Below are positions 1 to 11,069 of a stretch of 64,000 nt of DNA, piece by piece. Under the pieces are notes generated by a model that searched no databases, had not been told where the DNA came from, and saw nothing but the letters and a program-made list of their open reading frames with translations. Origin of the DNA: Felis catus (taxonomy: Eukaryota); assembly GCF_018350175.1 (NCBI RefSeq), contig NC_058368.1, positions 189,350,001-189,414,000 on the forward strand. Reading direction: 5' to 3'. How positions within the stretch are numbered: position 1 is the first letter of the stretch; each line of letters begins with the position of its first letter. A program made the position numbers and the translations under genes.

Positions 1-925
1 TTCTCCAAAGAAGACATCCAGATGCCAACCGACACATGAAAAAATGCTCAACATCACTCATCATCAGGGAAATACAAATCAAAACCATATTGAGATACCA
101 CCTCACACCTGTCAGAATGGCTAACATTAACAACTCAGGTAACAACAGATGTTGGCGAGGATGTGGAGAGAGAGGAACTCTTTTGCACTGCTGGTGGGAA
201 TGCAAGCTGGTCAGCCACTCTGGAAAACAGTATGGAGGTTCCTCAGAAAATTAAAAATAGAACTACCCTACAACCCAGCAATTGCACTACTGGGTATTTA
301 TCCAAGGGATACAGGTATGTTGTTTTGAAGGGGCACCGGTACCCCAATGTTTATAGCAGCACTATCAATTTAGCCAAAGTATGGAAAGAGCCCAAATGTC
401 TACTGATGGATGAATGGATAAAGAAGATGTATATGTACATATACATATATATATATGTATATATATATATACATATATATATATATACATATATATATGT
501 GTATATGTGTGTGTGTGTATACACATATCCACAATGGAGTATTACTCAGCAATCAAAAAGAATGAAATGTTGCCATTTGTGACTACATGGATGGAACTAG
601 ATGGTATTATGCCAAGCGAAATTTGTCAGTCAGAGAAAGACAAATATCATATAAATTCACTCATATGAGGACTTTAAGATACAAAACAGATGAACATAAG
701 GGAAGGGAAGCAAAAATAATATAAAAACGAGGGGGACAAAACATAAGAGACTCTTAAATATGGGGAACAAACAGAGGGATACTAGAAGGGTTGTGGGGGG
801 GTGATGGGCTAAATGGGTAAGGGGAATTAAGGAATCTACTACTGAAATCATTGTTGCACTATATGCTAACTAATTTGGATGTAAATTAAAAATAAATAAA
901 TAAATAAATAAAATAACATAAAAAA
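1..925 (+). mobile_element. LINE-1 (felid/carnivore), 3' end of ORF2 plus 3'UTR and A-rich tail; cut by window start
   Basis: Translations [35 protein letters not shown] and KVWKEPKC..DEWIKKM match the L1 ORF2 C-terminus. (TA)n/(TG)n expansion at ~430-520; (AAAT)n tail at 886-925. Confidence 0.97.
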
Positions 926-939
926 GGAAATTATTTTTT

Positions 940-1270
940 AAAAATGAGGCATAACTGGAGAATGGGATGAATCTAAATTTGGGAAATCAGAAACTGCTTC
1001 CTGGAGGAAGTGATGCTCAAGCTGAGGCATGAATGATAAGGAGCCCAGGAAGTCTATAGTGAGCAGTGAGCCTGAGCAAAAGCACAGAAGCAAAAAGCAG
1101 CAGGTGTGCCGTAGAACAAGGTAGTTGCTGGAGAACACAGGGAGGAGTACAGGGGAGCTAGAGAGAAGCCTGGAAAGGCAGGTCAGGCAGATTATGGGAG
1201 AGGCTTTAAGCCATGCTAAAGAATCTGCAGGTGCTATAGAATCAGCAAGTGCCTTAAACAGAGAAGTGGA
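940..1270 (-). mobile_element. L2 LINE fragment
   Basis: Antisense L2-like motifs 'cttcctggaggaagtgatg' and 'ggtcaggcagattatg..ggctttaagccatgctaaaga'. Confidence 0.6.
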
Positions 1271-1299
1271 ATGGTTTGGTCCTCGCCACCTTCATAACT

Positions 1300-2145
1300 T
1301 GGTTGCTCAGACCAAAATTCGAAGTCAACCTTATACTTTTCATCATTCATTTTCACTGTATATCTAATCCATTAAATAATCCTGTGGATTCTAAAACCCA
1401 GCCACTCATCTTCCCCATGCCTGCCTCTACCCTCCTCATTGTCCCCATGACCTGTCACCTGAGACTGTCTCCTTATAACTCCCTGCTTCCATATCCTATG
1501 ATTTCCCCACTGCAGAGCCATCTTTTCTAAACATAAATCAAAACCCATCTCTTCTCTGCTTCCATCTTTCTGATGGCTTCCTGACAGATAAAATCCAAGC
1601 TCCTCATCATGCCCTAAAATGCTCTATGTGATCTGGCCTCTTCCCACCCCTGTGAGCTCAATTTCCTTGCACATCCCCCCCTGCTCAGCTCTGCCTAGCT
1701 ATGCTGGAGCTCTTGCTGCTCCCTCAACAAGGCAAGCTCACGACCATCCCACCACTTGCCCTTGAGTTTTTTTTTTCTCAGTTTTCCCATGATCCTCTCT
1801 CTTTTATTCAGATCTGTCCTCAAACAACTCCCCTTCAGACAGTCTTTATTAAGCATACTACTTTCCCCACCCCTACTCCCCACTACTAATCTCTGTCCTC
1901 TTACCTTGCTTCACTCTTTTTTTTATAATACTTATCAAAACTTTGCTGTGTAGATGCTGCTCTTATTCTTTATCTCTTCTTCTATAATGTTACTTTCTTA
2001 TTTGCTACTCCCTCATTCTCTATCTTCCTTTCTAGAATTCTCTATTCAAAAGAGCAAAAACATCCATGTCTATCTAGTTCACCATGTCCCCGTGTCCTAG
2101 AAACATTATCTGAGCTCATAGGAGGTGCTAAAAAATATTTGTGAA
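1300..2145 (+). mobile_element. L2 LINE 3' portion
   Basis: Pyrimidine-rich L2 3' region ('aaatccaagctcctcatcatgccc', 'gtgatctggcctc') ending in the typical terminus 'cataggaggtgctaaaaaatatttgtgaa'. Confidence 0.8.
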
Positions 2146-2887
2146 GACAGAGTATACAGAAAATTAGCATGTTTGAGGCAAGATGATGAATTATCTTGTG
2201 GACTGGTTGAGGTATCTAAAAATTGGTCTCCATAGCTGGATTCAATCTTTCATTAACCTTCTACATCCCCATGTTTCCTCCCAGATCCTGAGAGCACTTT
2301 CTAAGGTCTTTAAAAAGAAGAGCTTTACCTCTATAAATCCCACCTACAGAATAGGAGTATTGAGATTCCTGTAAAAATTAGTTGAGAAGATCAAATAGAA
2401 GTGAAAACTACTACCTAGAACTTGATGACAAATTTGACTCCCAGGAATAGATTATTACAAGATGTTTGAATTCAGTGAATAAAAAAATACTATAGAGACT
2501 AATTCTTATTCTTTCTTGTACATCCTCAGACCCCCACCCCAGTGCCCAGATAACAGCATCTGCTATCTGTTGATTTCACAGAAAGCAAACAGCTTTTGCT
2601 CCAGAATTAGGCACATCTGGGATTCTCTGCTTGCTAGAACCATAAACTGCCAGGATACACTGATTCTCTGACGGACCTCCAAGATGAGGGAGGATTACTC
2701 CTTCCCATCTTACTGGTCTTCTGCTTCCAGACCTCCATTCTTGTGATCATAGTAATTTTCTTAATACTTCATCTTGGCTACTGCTTTTTAGAATATGTTA
2801 TTATAGGGGCATACATATCCAGGTCTCCACCCCCATGTTGACACTTTCCTAGGCTGAGGTCAAATTCAGGTACACTCTTCTTTTCCA

Positions 2888-2890
<3 letters not shown>

Positions 2891-2932
<42 letters not shown>
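2891..2932. repeat. (CA)n microsatellite
   Basis: Perfect AC run seen directly. Confidence 0.98.
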
Positions 2933-2934
<2 letters not shown>

Positions 2935-2979
2935 CTTGTTAGAATATATCCTTTTGAAAAAGTAGGGGCAAATTACCAG

Positions 2980-4019
2980 CATTCTCTGTGTGAATGTTGA
3001 TTTTTTTAACTTAATAGAGCTTATAAATTATTTTTATCATGACTTATACACAGAAGACAATTTTTTTCATAGTAAGGTACCCTTGAGTTTACTTAATAGG
3101 CCTTCTACCAATGAGTATTTTGGTTACTTCTAGGTTTTCCTATTCAAAAGTCACTGCACATGTGTGGGCATGACTATTGAATGACTTCATACACAAAGAC
3201 TGACCTATGTAGGTATGCCACAAATTTTGATTTCTGTTGCTAAAAAATCTGCACCAATTTACATTCCAAGCAATAGCATATGCGTATCTGTTTCCCCAGT
3301 GTTATCAAGTTTTTCCATCTTCACAAATCTATTAAGTGAAAAATGAAATCTCATTTTTGAAGATTTGTATTTCTTTAATTATGAATAAGGTTGAACATTT
3401 TGTTAAATGCTAAAGACATTTATGTTTCTTTTTCTTTGAACATATTGTTAATATCCTTGATTCATTTTTCTTTCAGCTGGTGATTTTATCTCTTTATTTG
3501 CAGACACTGAATTAAGGAAATTTAGTTATAGCATAGTATTTTTTCCATGTTCAATTTTAAACATTTTATGTAGTCAAATTTGTCAGTCATTTTTTTGTGT
3601 ATGGTTTTGGGGATTTAATTCTTCTTCAGAAATATCTTTTGTACTTCAAGATTACAAAAGTATTCCATCACATTTTCTTTTAGAGATCTGTATGGTTTTT
3701 TTTTCTTTCCTTTTTACAATTAATCCATGAATCCATATGGAACTGTGTTAGTTTTCCACTGCTGTATAACAAATTACCACAAGTTTAGCAGCTTAAAACA
3801 ACACACATTCATTATCTCACAGTTTCTGCAGATCAGGAGTTGGGCATTATTTAACCGGGGCCTTTGCTTAGAATTGTATACACTCTGATCAAGATTTTGC
3901 TAGAATTGTGTCTCATCAGAAGTTCAATTGGGGAAAGATCCACTTTCAAGCTCTGTCAGTCTGTTGTGCAAATTCACTTCCTAATGCTATAGGATTCATG
4001 GCATCCTCCTTCATCAAAT

Positions 4020-4066
<47 letters not shown>

Positions 4067-4350
4067 CTAGCAAGACCTTACACCATTATGTAATTACACA
4101 TATGTGATCACATACATTTCACCTTTTTCACGTTACAATGTTTAGAAGAGAGTCATTGATCCTTCCAGAGGGATTACACAAAGCTATGAATACCAGGAGC
4201 CAGGGGTCCTGAGGACCATTCTATTTCTGTACTCGACAACCTCTTTTTGGTGAAAAGAGTGAGGTAGGAATAGACATTTTTTTAAGATTAGCCAAGTTCT
4301 CAATATCATTTATTAAATTACCTAACTTTCCCCTAACTGATTAGATATTT
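2980..4350 (-). mobile_element. Old L1M (L1ME-like) fragment, split by an MLT1 LTR
   Basis: Antisense ORF2/3' motifs 'gcaccaatttacattcc..gcaat', 'ttgtatttctttaattatgaataaggttgaacattt'; resumes at ~4240 with 'gtgaggtaggaat'. Confidence 0.7.
3743..4240 (-). mobile_element. MaLR solo LTR (MLT1 family) with internal (GA)n at 4022-4063
   Basis: 'tgtgttagtttt..gctgtataacaaattaccacaagtttagcagcttaaaacaacacac..attatctcacagtttctg' is the characteristic MLT1 LTR end. Confidence 0.85.
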
Positions 4351-5214
4351 GACTTTTTCTGTTTTCCTTAGAATGATACAGTTTATATATCTCAAACTAG
4401 GTCATTTCTCCTTTCCTTAAGTACAGCATCTGCAATACTGGGAATACAGTTTGTCAATTCCACAATCAGCTTATTGGGTATAAAAAGAGAACTTATCATG
4501 CATTCTCCCCAAAGTCAGTCACCATTGTCAGTTTCTGTTATATTGTTTCATATATATGTATATTTATGTACCTATTCATATTTATTTACATACCCATATC
4601 TACCTAGCTATAGATAAAGTTGAAAACATAAAATGAAGAAGGTCCATTCATTATCTCATTCCTTTCCTCACAAGAGGTGCATATTTGCAACACAACCTCA
4701 GGCAAATCCAGGTATATGCTAGGAAACACTAAATCCTTTGTAAAACCAACAGCTGACACTAATCATGCTCATAAATGAGACAAACTCAGGACCAAGAAAA
4801 GGAAGTGGGAAGCCAACAGAAGACAGTTTTTGAGCATATGAGCAAATCCCAAAGAAGATGATATAGATAACAAAGAATAGACAGCGTAATAGGAAAACCC
4901 AGCTGCTAGCAAGTGCCATATACTTAAACTGCCATGGTATCCACTTGGTCCTTTGTGTGTAGGATCCTGTGAGTTTGATAATAAAAATTAATAACTTCTG
5001 GGACTGTGTCCTATTTCATATTGGAGTCTGTGACCATCCATTGAAGCCAATATAATTGTCCCTCAGGAGCAGATGGTAGAAAGATGATGAAGCACATACT
5101 AGCCATGTCATTTCCTAAAAAAATGTCCATCTTCTCTATGTTATGGCAACCCATCCCTACCCTGTCACTACCTTTTTAGAAGAGGTTATTTCCTGTGGAT
5201 TAGAAGTTGTTGTT

Positions 5215-5815
5215 GTTGTTTTAATTACATTTATTTTGAATGGGGAATATACACATGTGGTAAAAAAATCAAATGTTGCCAAATATACATGAAAAAAAAA
5301 GTAAGTCTGCCCCTATCCCTGTCCTTGGTTCCCCAGGCTCCATCTCTTTCCCAGAGGGAGCCACCACTGTTATCTTTTCCTTTCATGTTCTTCCAGAGAT
5401 TATATTTTACATATCATTCTATATTTTATTTAAATCTAGCATAATTTGTGTGTGTATATATATCATACATCTTATGTTGTACATATATTATACATATTAT
5501 ACATATGTATTATACTATACATATATATATTATATATATCACACTTTAAATAATAAAACAGTAGCATGCTTTACACCATTTTCTGTGCTTTTTTTCTTTT
5601 TTTCTTTTCTTTTTTTTTTCTTTTACTTAATGATGTATCTTAGCATGTGTTCCATATTAGTACTATAGAGTTCCCTTATTTTTAACAGATACCTAGTATT
5701 GTTTGGATGTAATATAATTTTTATAATCATTCCTTATTAGTGGATATCTAGTCTATTTCCCATCTTTTGCTTTTAGAATAATGCTTTAATAACTTCATAC
5801 TTTACAATACCATTT
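5215..5815 (-). mobile_element. Old L1ME-like 3' end with AT-rich low-complexity core
   Basis: 'cccagagggagccaccactgtta', 'tccttattagtggatatctagtctatttcc' resemble antisense L1ME 3'UTR. Confidence 0.65.
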
Positions 5816-6384
5816 TAATTCACAATCCTTTTAAAGATCAGCAAGAGATTATTTATAACATAATGTACATTGTTTCTATCATTTATTACCATCTACCAAA
5901 AAGTTGTACTCTACTCCACAGCAGTTGTCAAATTGAAGTCCAAAGCAGAGGTCCAGATTGATAGCCACTGGCTAAAACTAATATAAAGACATGTTGTGTT
6001 TGATCCACAGGATTATTTTTCCAAATGGAATGACTTTTCAGAATTAGAATGGTCAGAATTGTGATGTGATTTAGAGAAATCACATCAAAATCAAGATGTT
6101 GGGTGTCTCTTGAATAACTAAATACTCAGCAATACTGGACTCACTGCTTGTCCAATAGTAGTTAGCTGGAGCTGAATAAAAGCTGTTGAATTCAGGTATG
6201 GCATGCACTTCTCCAGTCCACCATATGACCAAGATGGGAACCAAGATTGTCCTACATCTTTGAGGTTGCATCAGTTGTCATTTATTATCATACATTCTTT
6301 ATTTTTCCCTCTGTAGCAGAGTTGAGAAAAAAATGAAATGTTTTTGTATCCAAGTGTCTCCTAATAGTAGGAAAACAAAAGAAG

Positions 6385-6490
6385 TAGACCCATACTCACC
6401 ACTCACTCCCTGTTGCCTCACAACCAGATGCTTCCTCACTCATTTACATAACTGGACTGGATTCTCAAAGCATTTGAGTTTGCAATCCTA
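6385..6490 (+). mobile_element. MER102-like hAT-Charlie MITE, 3' half
   Basis: 'cactcatttacataac..gcatttgagtttgcaatcct' matches the MER102 3' terminus. Confidence 0.65.
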
Positions 6491-7024
6491 TGTTTAAAAT
6501 AACCAGACTCAAACATATTTTCAGTAATAGTCCAATATAGACATATTATCTATCCTCTTTATTTAAACCCTCTATCCATTTGTCAACTTTTTTGACAGGT
6601 TTGACCTAGAAAAGATTATTTATTTTTAATACCATTTCTTAAAAACAAAAACAAAAACAAAAACAAAACCCGAGTCTGTCCAATGGACTTTGCAGCTAAA
6701 GTGGCCAATCCATTGATTCTGGAGCAAGAAGAGCAGCTGGCAAAACTAATCAGTGTTGGGCATTTGCATTTTTTCCCTTTTTAATGTCTCCCCTGGTGCT
6801 GGGAGATTGGTTTTCTATGTTGGAAGAAGGGCACCACGAGCAGCTGCTGCCTTTCAGTCTAGTGCATAGTAAAGGAAAGAGCGTGGTATAGCATTCATCT
6901 ACCAAATATCCCAACAGGTTAACCAGTTCTGGAGCAAGGAAGTCACAGCTTGCTTTTGAAGGTTCTTTGTATTGAGTATAATCAATTTTATGTTTCTGGG
7001 AATAAGATGTCTCTCTTCAAATTC

Positions 7025-7027
<3 letters not shown>

Positions 7028-7098
<71 letters not shown>
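7028..7098. repeat. Compound (CT)n(AT)n microsatellite
   Basis: Seen directly. Confidence 0.98.
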
Positions 7099-7234
7099 CT
7101 CTAGGCAGTAAGATGATGCTTCTTAGGCTTGAGAATCTCCTGTTGATGAGAGGCTGACCAAAAAAATATTAAATACAAGTATGAACTTGAAAAAAGTAAG
7201 TATATGCATGCTCCTAAAATGAGGCATCAATGTG

Positions 7235-7490
7235 ATGCTTACTGCAAATTATTGAGTGCTTCCTAATGAGTGCTTCCAGACATTGTGCTCAATGCTATAC
7301 ATGCATTATCTCATTTAATTTTCTCAATACTCAAAACACATGTGCTATTGTTAACCCTGTTTTATAGATGGAGAAACTTAAAATAAAAAAAAAAATTATA
7401 GTGGTTTTCACAAGAACTCTAGGCTTGTAAAAGACAGAGTTGATATTCCTCTAGGCCTTTCTGATTCCCTTGTACCCTTAGCTAAACCAC
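7235..7490 (-). mobile_element. MIR SINE
   Basis: 'tattgagtgct..ccagacattgtgctcaatgct..catgcattatctcatttaat..ttttatagatggagaaact' is the MIR core in antisense. Confidence 0.8.
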
Positions 7491-8348
7491 TGGAAAGTTT
7501 CCTTCATAGAATAAGCACTCTATAAGGAGGTTGCTATTGTATTTTCAGTGAGGACCACTGAGTGTATTCTCTTTGGAATATAATGCTTCTGGGGATAACC
7601 ATTCAAGGAAGAACATTTTCATCCTACTTTTTATGTAATTTTTCCCTTCCTTATCTTTTCCACAAGAAGCAATCTGCTATTGGCCCCTTTCTCCTCAAAC
7701 AATTCACAATTGAAATAGCTACACTATGACCTCACTTCTATTCTGAAAGATCATTTCTTTTATTAGCCACGTCTCTTCCTGGTACTTGTGGGCTCTCCTT
7801 GATGCCCTAAAAAGTTAAGTCACTATTCACTAGCTCTTGCTGCTGGCGGCATACCATTCACTGCACCTACTTGGTCAGAGAGCCATACCTAACCCAGGTC
7901 ACCTGTTCTCTAATCCGTGAAATTTCAAGCTTCACACCCCATTTCTCTCAAAAAAGATCTTTAGTGACACTTTAAAAAAAAAATAATTACTTTCAATTTA
8001 TATATAATAAAAGACACCCTTTGTGGTGTACAGTTCTGAGTTTTAACAAATCCACACAGTTGTATAGCCACTATAACAATCAAGATACAAGCACTTCCAT
8101 CCTCCCCCCATAAATTATCTCATGCTATCCCATTATTGTCACCCACCCTAACTCTTAAATCCTGCCGATAGCTGATTATTCTCTGTCCCTATTAATTTGT
8201 CTTCTTCTATAATGTCATATAAAATGTACAACGTGTATCCCTTCAAATCTTCTTTCACTCAGCATAATGCACTTGAAATTCGTCAGCGTTTAGTCCACTC
8301 TTTTTTTACTGATGAGTAATATTCCATTGCATAGATGTTCCATAGATT

Positions 8349-9169
8349 TTTTTTTTTCAGGCAACAGACAGCTTTAATGATTTTCACTACCATTGTGTAC
8401 TGTGGATTGGTAAGATCCACTTTATTTTCCGAATTGAGGCTGCCTACTATTCCTGCCAATTCTTTGATAACTTCTTCTCTATTCATGTGGATGTTATTTC
8501 GAGATTTATATACAATCTGAAATGTCCCTTTATTTGGAGCTTTAAACCAGGGTTCCAAAAATGTTTCTGCATATTTTTTCATGTCTTCTAAGAAAGCCTT
8601 GCATGTGCCCGAAATAGGTAACATTCGTAGAATAACCCGAGTCTTCTTCTTCTTGGTTTTATACATATCCTGAAGAATATGACGTACCAATTTCTCAGGT
8701 TCTATCCCAAGTGTCCTGATGAAGACTACGTTATTTGCTCCACTCTCCACTGATTGGAATCTTCTTAGCTTCATCTCCGTAGATGCTTTAATGCCACCAA
8801 CTTCTTTCTTCAAGGCAGCCTCCACATCATCATCTTCTGCCTCACTTCCAGAGGGCTGCTGATCTTTGTAAACTTTTCCGGCCCGTACACGTCGTAGCCG
8901 TATTCGTTGAGCAGACTGTAGGCCTCCTCCACGCACTTGCGCTGGTTCATGTTGCAGGTAATGAGTAGGCCCTGTAGCCCGGGTTCCAGCTGCGGTGGCC
9001 CACCGCCGTCGCAGCGCCGCGCCCCCTTGGCCTGCACACACTGAGCTTTCCCTTTGCGCTTTCCACCGCTAGACCGAGGAGGCTGCTGGACGGGGGCCGC
9101 CATGGCGCGCGAGAACCAAGGCTAGCGAGAAACAGCTTTCTCCTCTATTCCCGGCTTCCTCACCTCTTT
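8349..9169 (-). pseudogene. THUMPD1: THUMPD1 processed pseudogene (5'UTR plus CDS truncated after ..KAVCCL, one frameshift, short poly(A), TSD)
   Basis: ATG at 9103: MAAPVQQ..GGKRKGKAQ..LEPGLQGLLITCNMNQRKCVEEAYSLLNEYG..PEKFT. Frameshift at ~8868 (apparent 4-nt loss), then KDQQPSGSE..RRFQSVESGANNVVFIRTLGIEPEKLV..KAVCCL. No introns. T-run at 8347-8357. TSD atgttccatagatt at 8335-8348 and 9170-9183. Confidence 0.97.
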
Positions 9170-9647
9170 ATGTTCCATAGATTGTTAATCCATTTGACAG
9201 TTGAGGGGCATTTGGATTATTTCTAGTTTTGAGGGCTATGAATAAAACTGGTATAAAACTTTGTGTAATGTATTTTTGAAAACACAGATTTTGTTTCACT
9301 TATGTAAATACCTAGGAACAGAATTGCTGGGTTATATAGAAAGTTTAACTTTATGAGAAGCTACCGAACTATTTTCCAAAGTGACTGTAACGTGCATTTC
9401 TGCTAGGAACATATGAGAGTTCCAGTTGTTTCACATCCTTGTCAGCACTTGATATTGTCAAGGTTTTTTGTTCATTTCTTTGTTTGTAGCTGTTTGTTTC
9501 TTTGTAACATCTAATAGATGTGTGGCGGTATCTCATCATGGCTCTAAAGCAATTCTCAGCTACCTAATGTTGAGTATCTTTTCATATGCTTATTTGCTGT
9601 CCAAATATCGTTTCTGGTAAAGTGTCTCTCAAATCTTCTATACATTT

Positions 9648-9657
9648 TTTTTTTTTT

Positions 9658-9697
<40 letters not shown>

Positions 9698-9886
9698 AAG
9701 AGAGAACAAGCAGGAGAGAGGGGAAGAGAGAGAGAGAGAGAGAGAGAGAGAAGGAGGGAGAATCTTAAGAAGGTCCCACACTTAGTGTGGAGCCAGAAAC
9801 TCGATTCAATCCCAGGACCCTGGAATCATGACCTGAGCTGAAATCAAGAGTCAGACACTCAACCAACTAAGCCCTCCAGGTACCCC
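9648..9886 (-). mobile_element. Can-SINE
   Basis: tRNA-derived head, (GA)n, T tail; TSD aaatcttctatacattt at 9631-9647 and 9887-9903. Confidence 0.93.
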
Positions 9887-10279
9887 AAATCTTCTATACA
9901 TTTAAAAAATTACACTGTGTCATTTGTTTAGTGATATTCTTATAATTTGAAGATTAATTCAATTTATGTTGATCTGCCTTTAAAATTTAAATATCCCAGA
10001 ATTATAAGCTTCTATAATAATAATAATATATATAATAATAAGCTTCTATAGAGCACTGATAACTTAATATAAATTAGTTCTATACATTCATTTAAAAGAC
10101 AAAAGCACCTAGACAAAAGCTCATTGTTCTAGAGACTGTGAATACAAAAGTAAGCAAACTCAGTCAGCTTTCAAAGAGACTTGTTTAATCAGACTGCTAT
10201 CCACACAGCCAAATAAGAGCAACACTGTGGTAAAAGGGAATTTTATGGGCTTGAGTTGAGATTAGCGTGACAATTTTAG

Positions 10280-10415
10280 AGCAGTACGCTCCCTACACCA
10301 ACAGCATTAGAATTGCCTGGAAATTTGTTAGGAATCTACTGAATAGAGAGTCTGTGGAGGGACCATGTATATTAAAAGTGTTCTAGTTTATTTTGATGTT
10401 CAAATTTGAGAGCAA
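10280..10415. mobile_element. MER5A-like hAT-Charlie MITE relic
   Basis: 'cagcattagaattgcctggaaatttgttag..ctactgaat..aaatttgagagc'. Confidence 0.55.
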
Positions 10416-11069
10416 GGAAAACTGCTGTAGATATCTAGAAGATGAGGTGAATGGTGAAAATTTTTCCTCAGGCTCAAGTTTTATATCCATATGCTGTTTA
10501 GTAGTTTTCTTCTTCTGACTCGAAGAAGAAGTAGTGTTTGACTCGAAAATTTGGTGGGTAAAAATCCCTCATGTACTTCACGGTCAGCATTATAGTCATC
10601 AGAGAGTTACTTGGTCCTGTGTGTTAATTCTGAATGCAGTCAGCTGGTCACTCTCAGAGAGGTGAGTTGTCTCCTCACTGCCCTCTGCCCTTTCTAGCTC
10701 TGGTCAACTGCGGCAAGAGGGAAAAAAAGCAGTGTATCTTGAGTGAACAAAAACACAGTAATAGGTCCAACCCAGTTTTAACAGATCAATAATCTTGCCA
10801 CAACACTTCTTTCCTGATTCTAAGAATTTTTCTCTTTATATTTTTGTGGTTGACATTGTTTCTTTTCTAGAAGATTTTTGAGCAGTTACTTCGAGGAGTT
10901 ACTAATTCTTACCTTGTGCACACTGCTATAGAAAGGTTTCAAGGGAATAAATTTTTTTTCAGAAGAAAAAAGTAAGTCAGAGGCAAGTTATCTTTTTGAA
11001 ACATTTAACCTAATTCCAGTTGTACTCATTCTCTACTATATAAATTTGCTATTTTCCCAAATGACAAGT

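Larger units (their letters stand above)
2150..7760 (-). pseudogene. TMEM67-like: Ancient, heavily decayed, apparently intronless meckelin (TMEM67)-like pseudogene interrupted by old TEs
   Basis: Colinear minus-strand blocks versus human meckelin (recalled from memory). 7720-7673 SYFNCELFEEKGANSR ~ QYFD..CGANQR. 7624-7595 G*KCSSLNGY ~ GTSCVCLPGF. 6959-6816 open frame SKASCD..VNLLG..GSSCSWCPSSNI ~ SQATCE..VNALG..SRSCACSEPNI. 6321-6295 LCYRGKNKE ~ FSFKGENQN. 5902-5888 FLVDG ~ FLVDA. 4919-4719 IFF..AQKLSSVGFPLP..FVSF..VSCWFYK ~ IFFKAQKSVSVLLPMP..FVTYVGCAFALK. 4484-4445 FIPNK..EL/QTV ~ FVANE..EIQTV. 2823-2776 PGYVCPYNNIF*KAVA ~ PSYIAPYSCILRYAVS. 2629-2600 QRIPDVPNSG ~ QRGLVPNTD. 2423-2410 KF/LGS ~ KFLGS. 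2337-2299 FIEVKLFFLKTLE ~ FIKDKLLLERILG. Many stops and frameshifts. Confidence 0.8.
7985..9920 (-). mobile_element. Old L1M (L1MB/MC-like) 3' end hosting the THUMPD1 retrocopy and a SINE
   Basis: 'gtacagttctgagttttaacaaat', 'gtaaatacctaggaacagaattgctgggt', 'gagagttccagttgtttcacatccttgtcagcacttg' are antisense L1 3' motifs. Confidence 0.85.

Noticed and set aside
4930..5070. piggyBac-like (PEVINFYY..VDTM) or CREST-like (SIWHLL) motifs; endogenous viral element
   Set aside because: Single short matches with no supporting neighbours; the colinear meckelin interpretation explains the whole region better.
8283..9103. Functional THUMPD1 gene
   Set aside because: Intronless, frameshifted, 3'-truncated, with poly(A) and TSD inside an L1.
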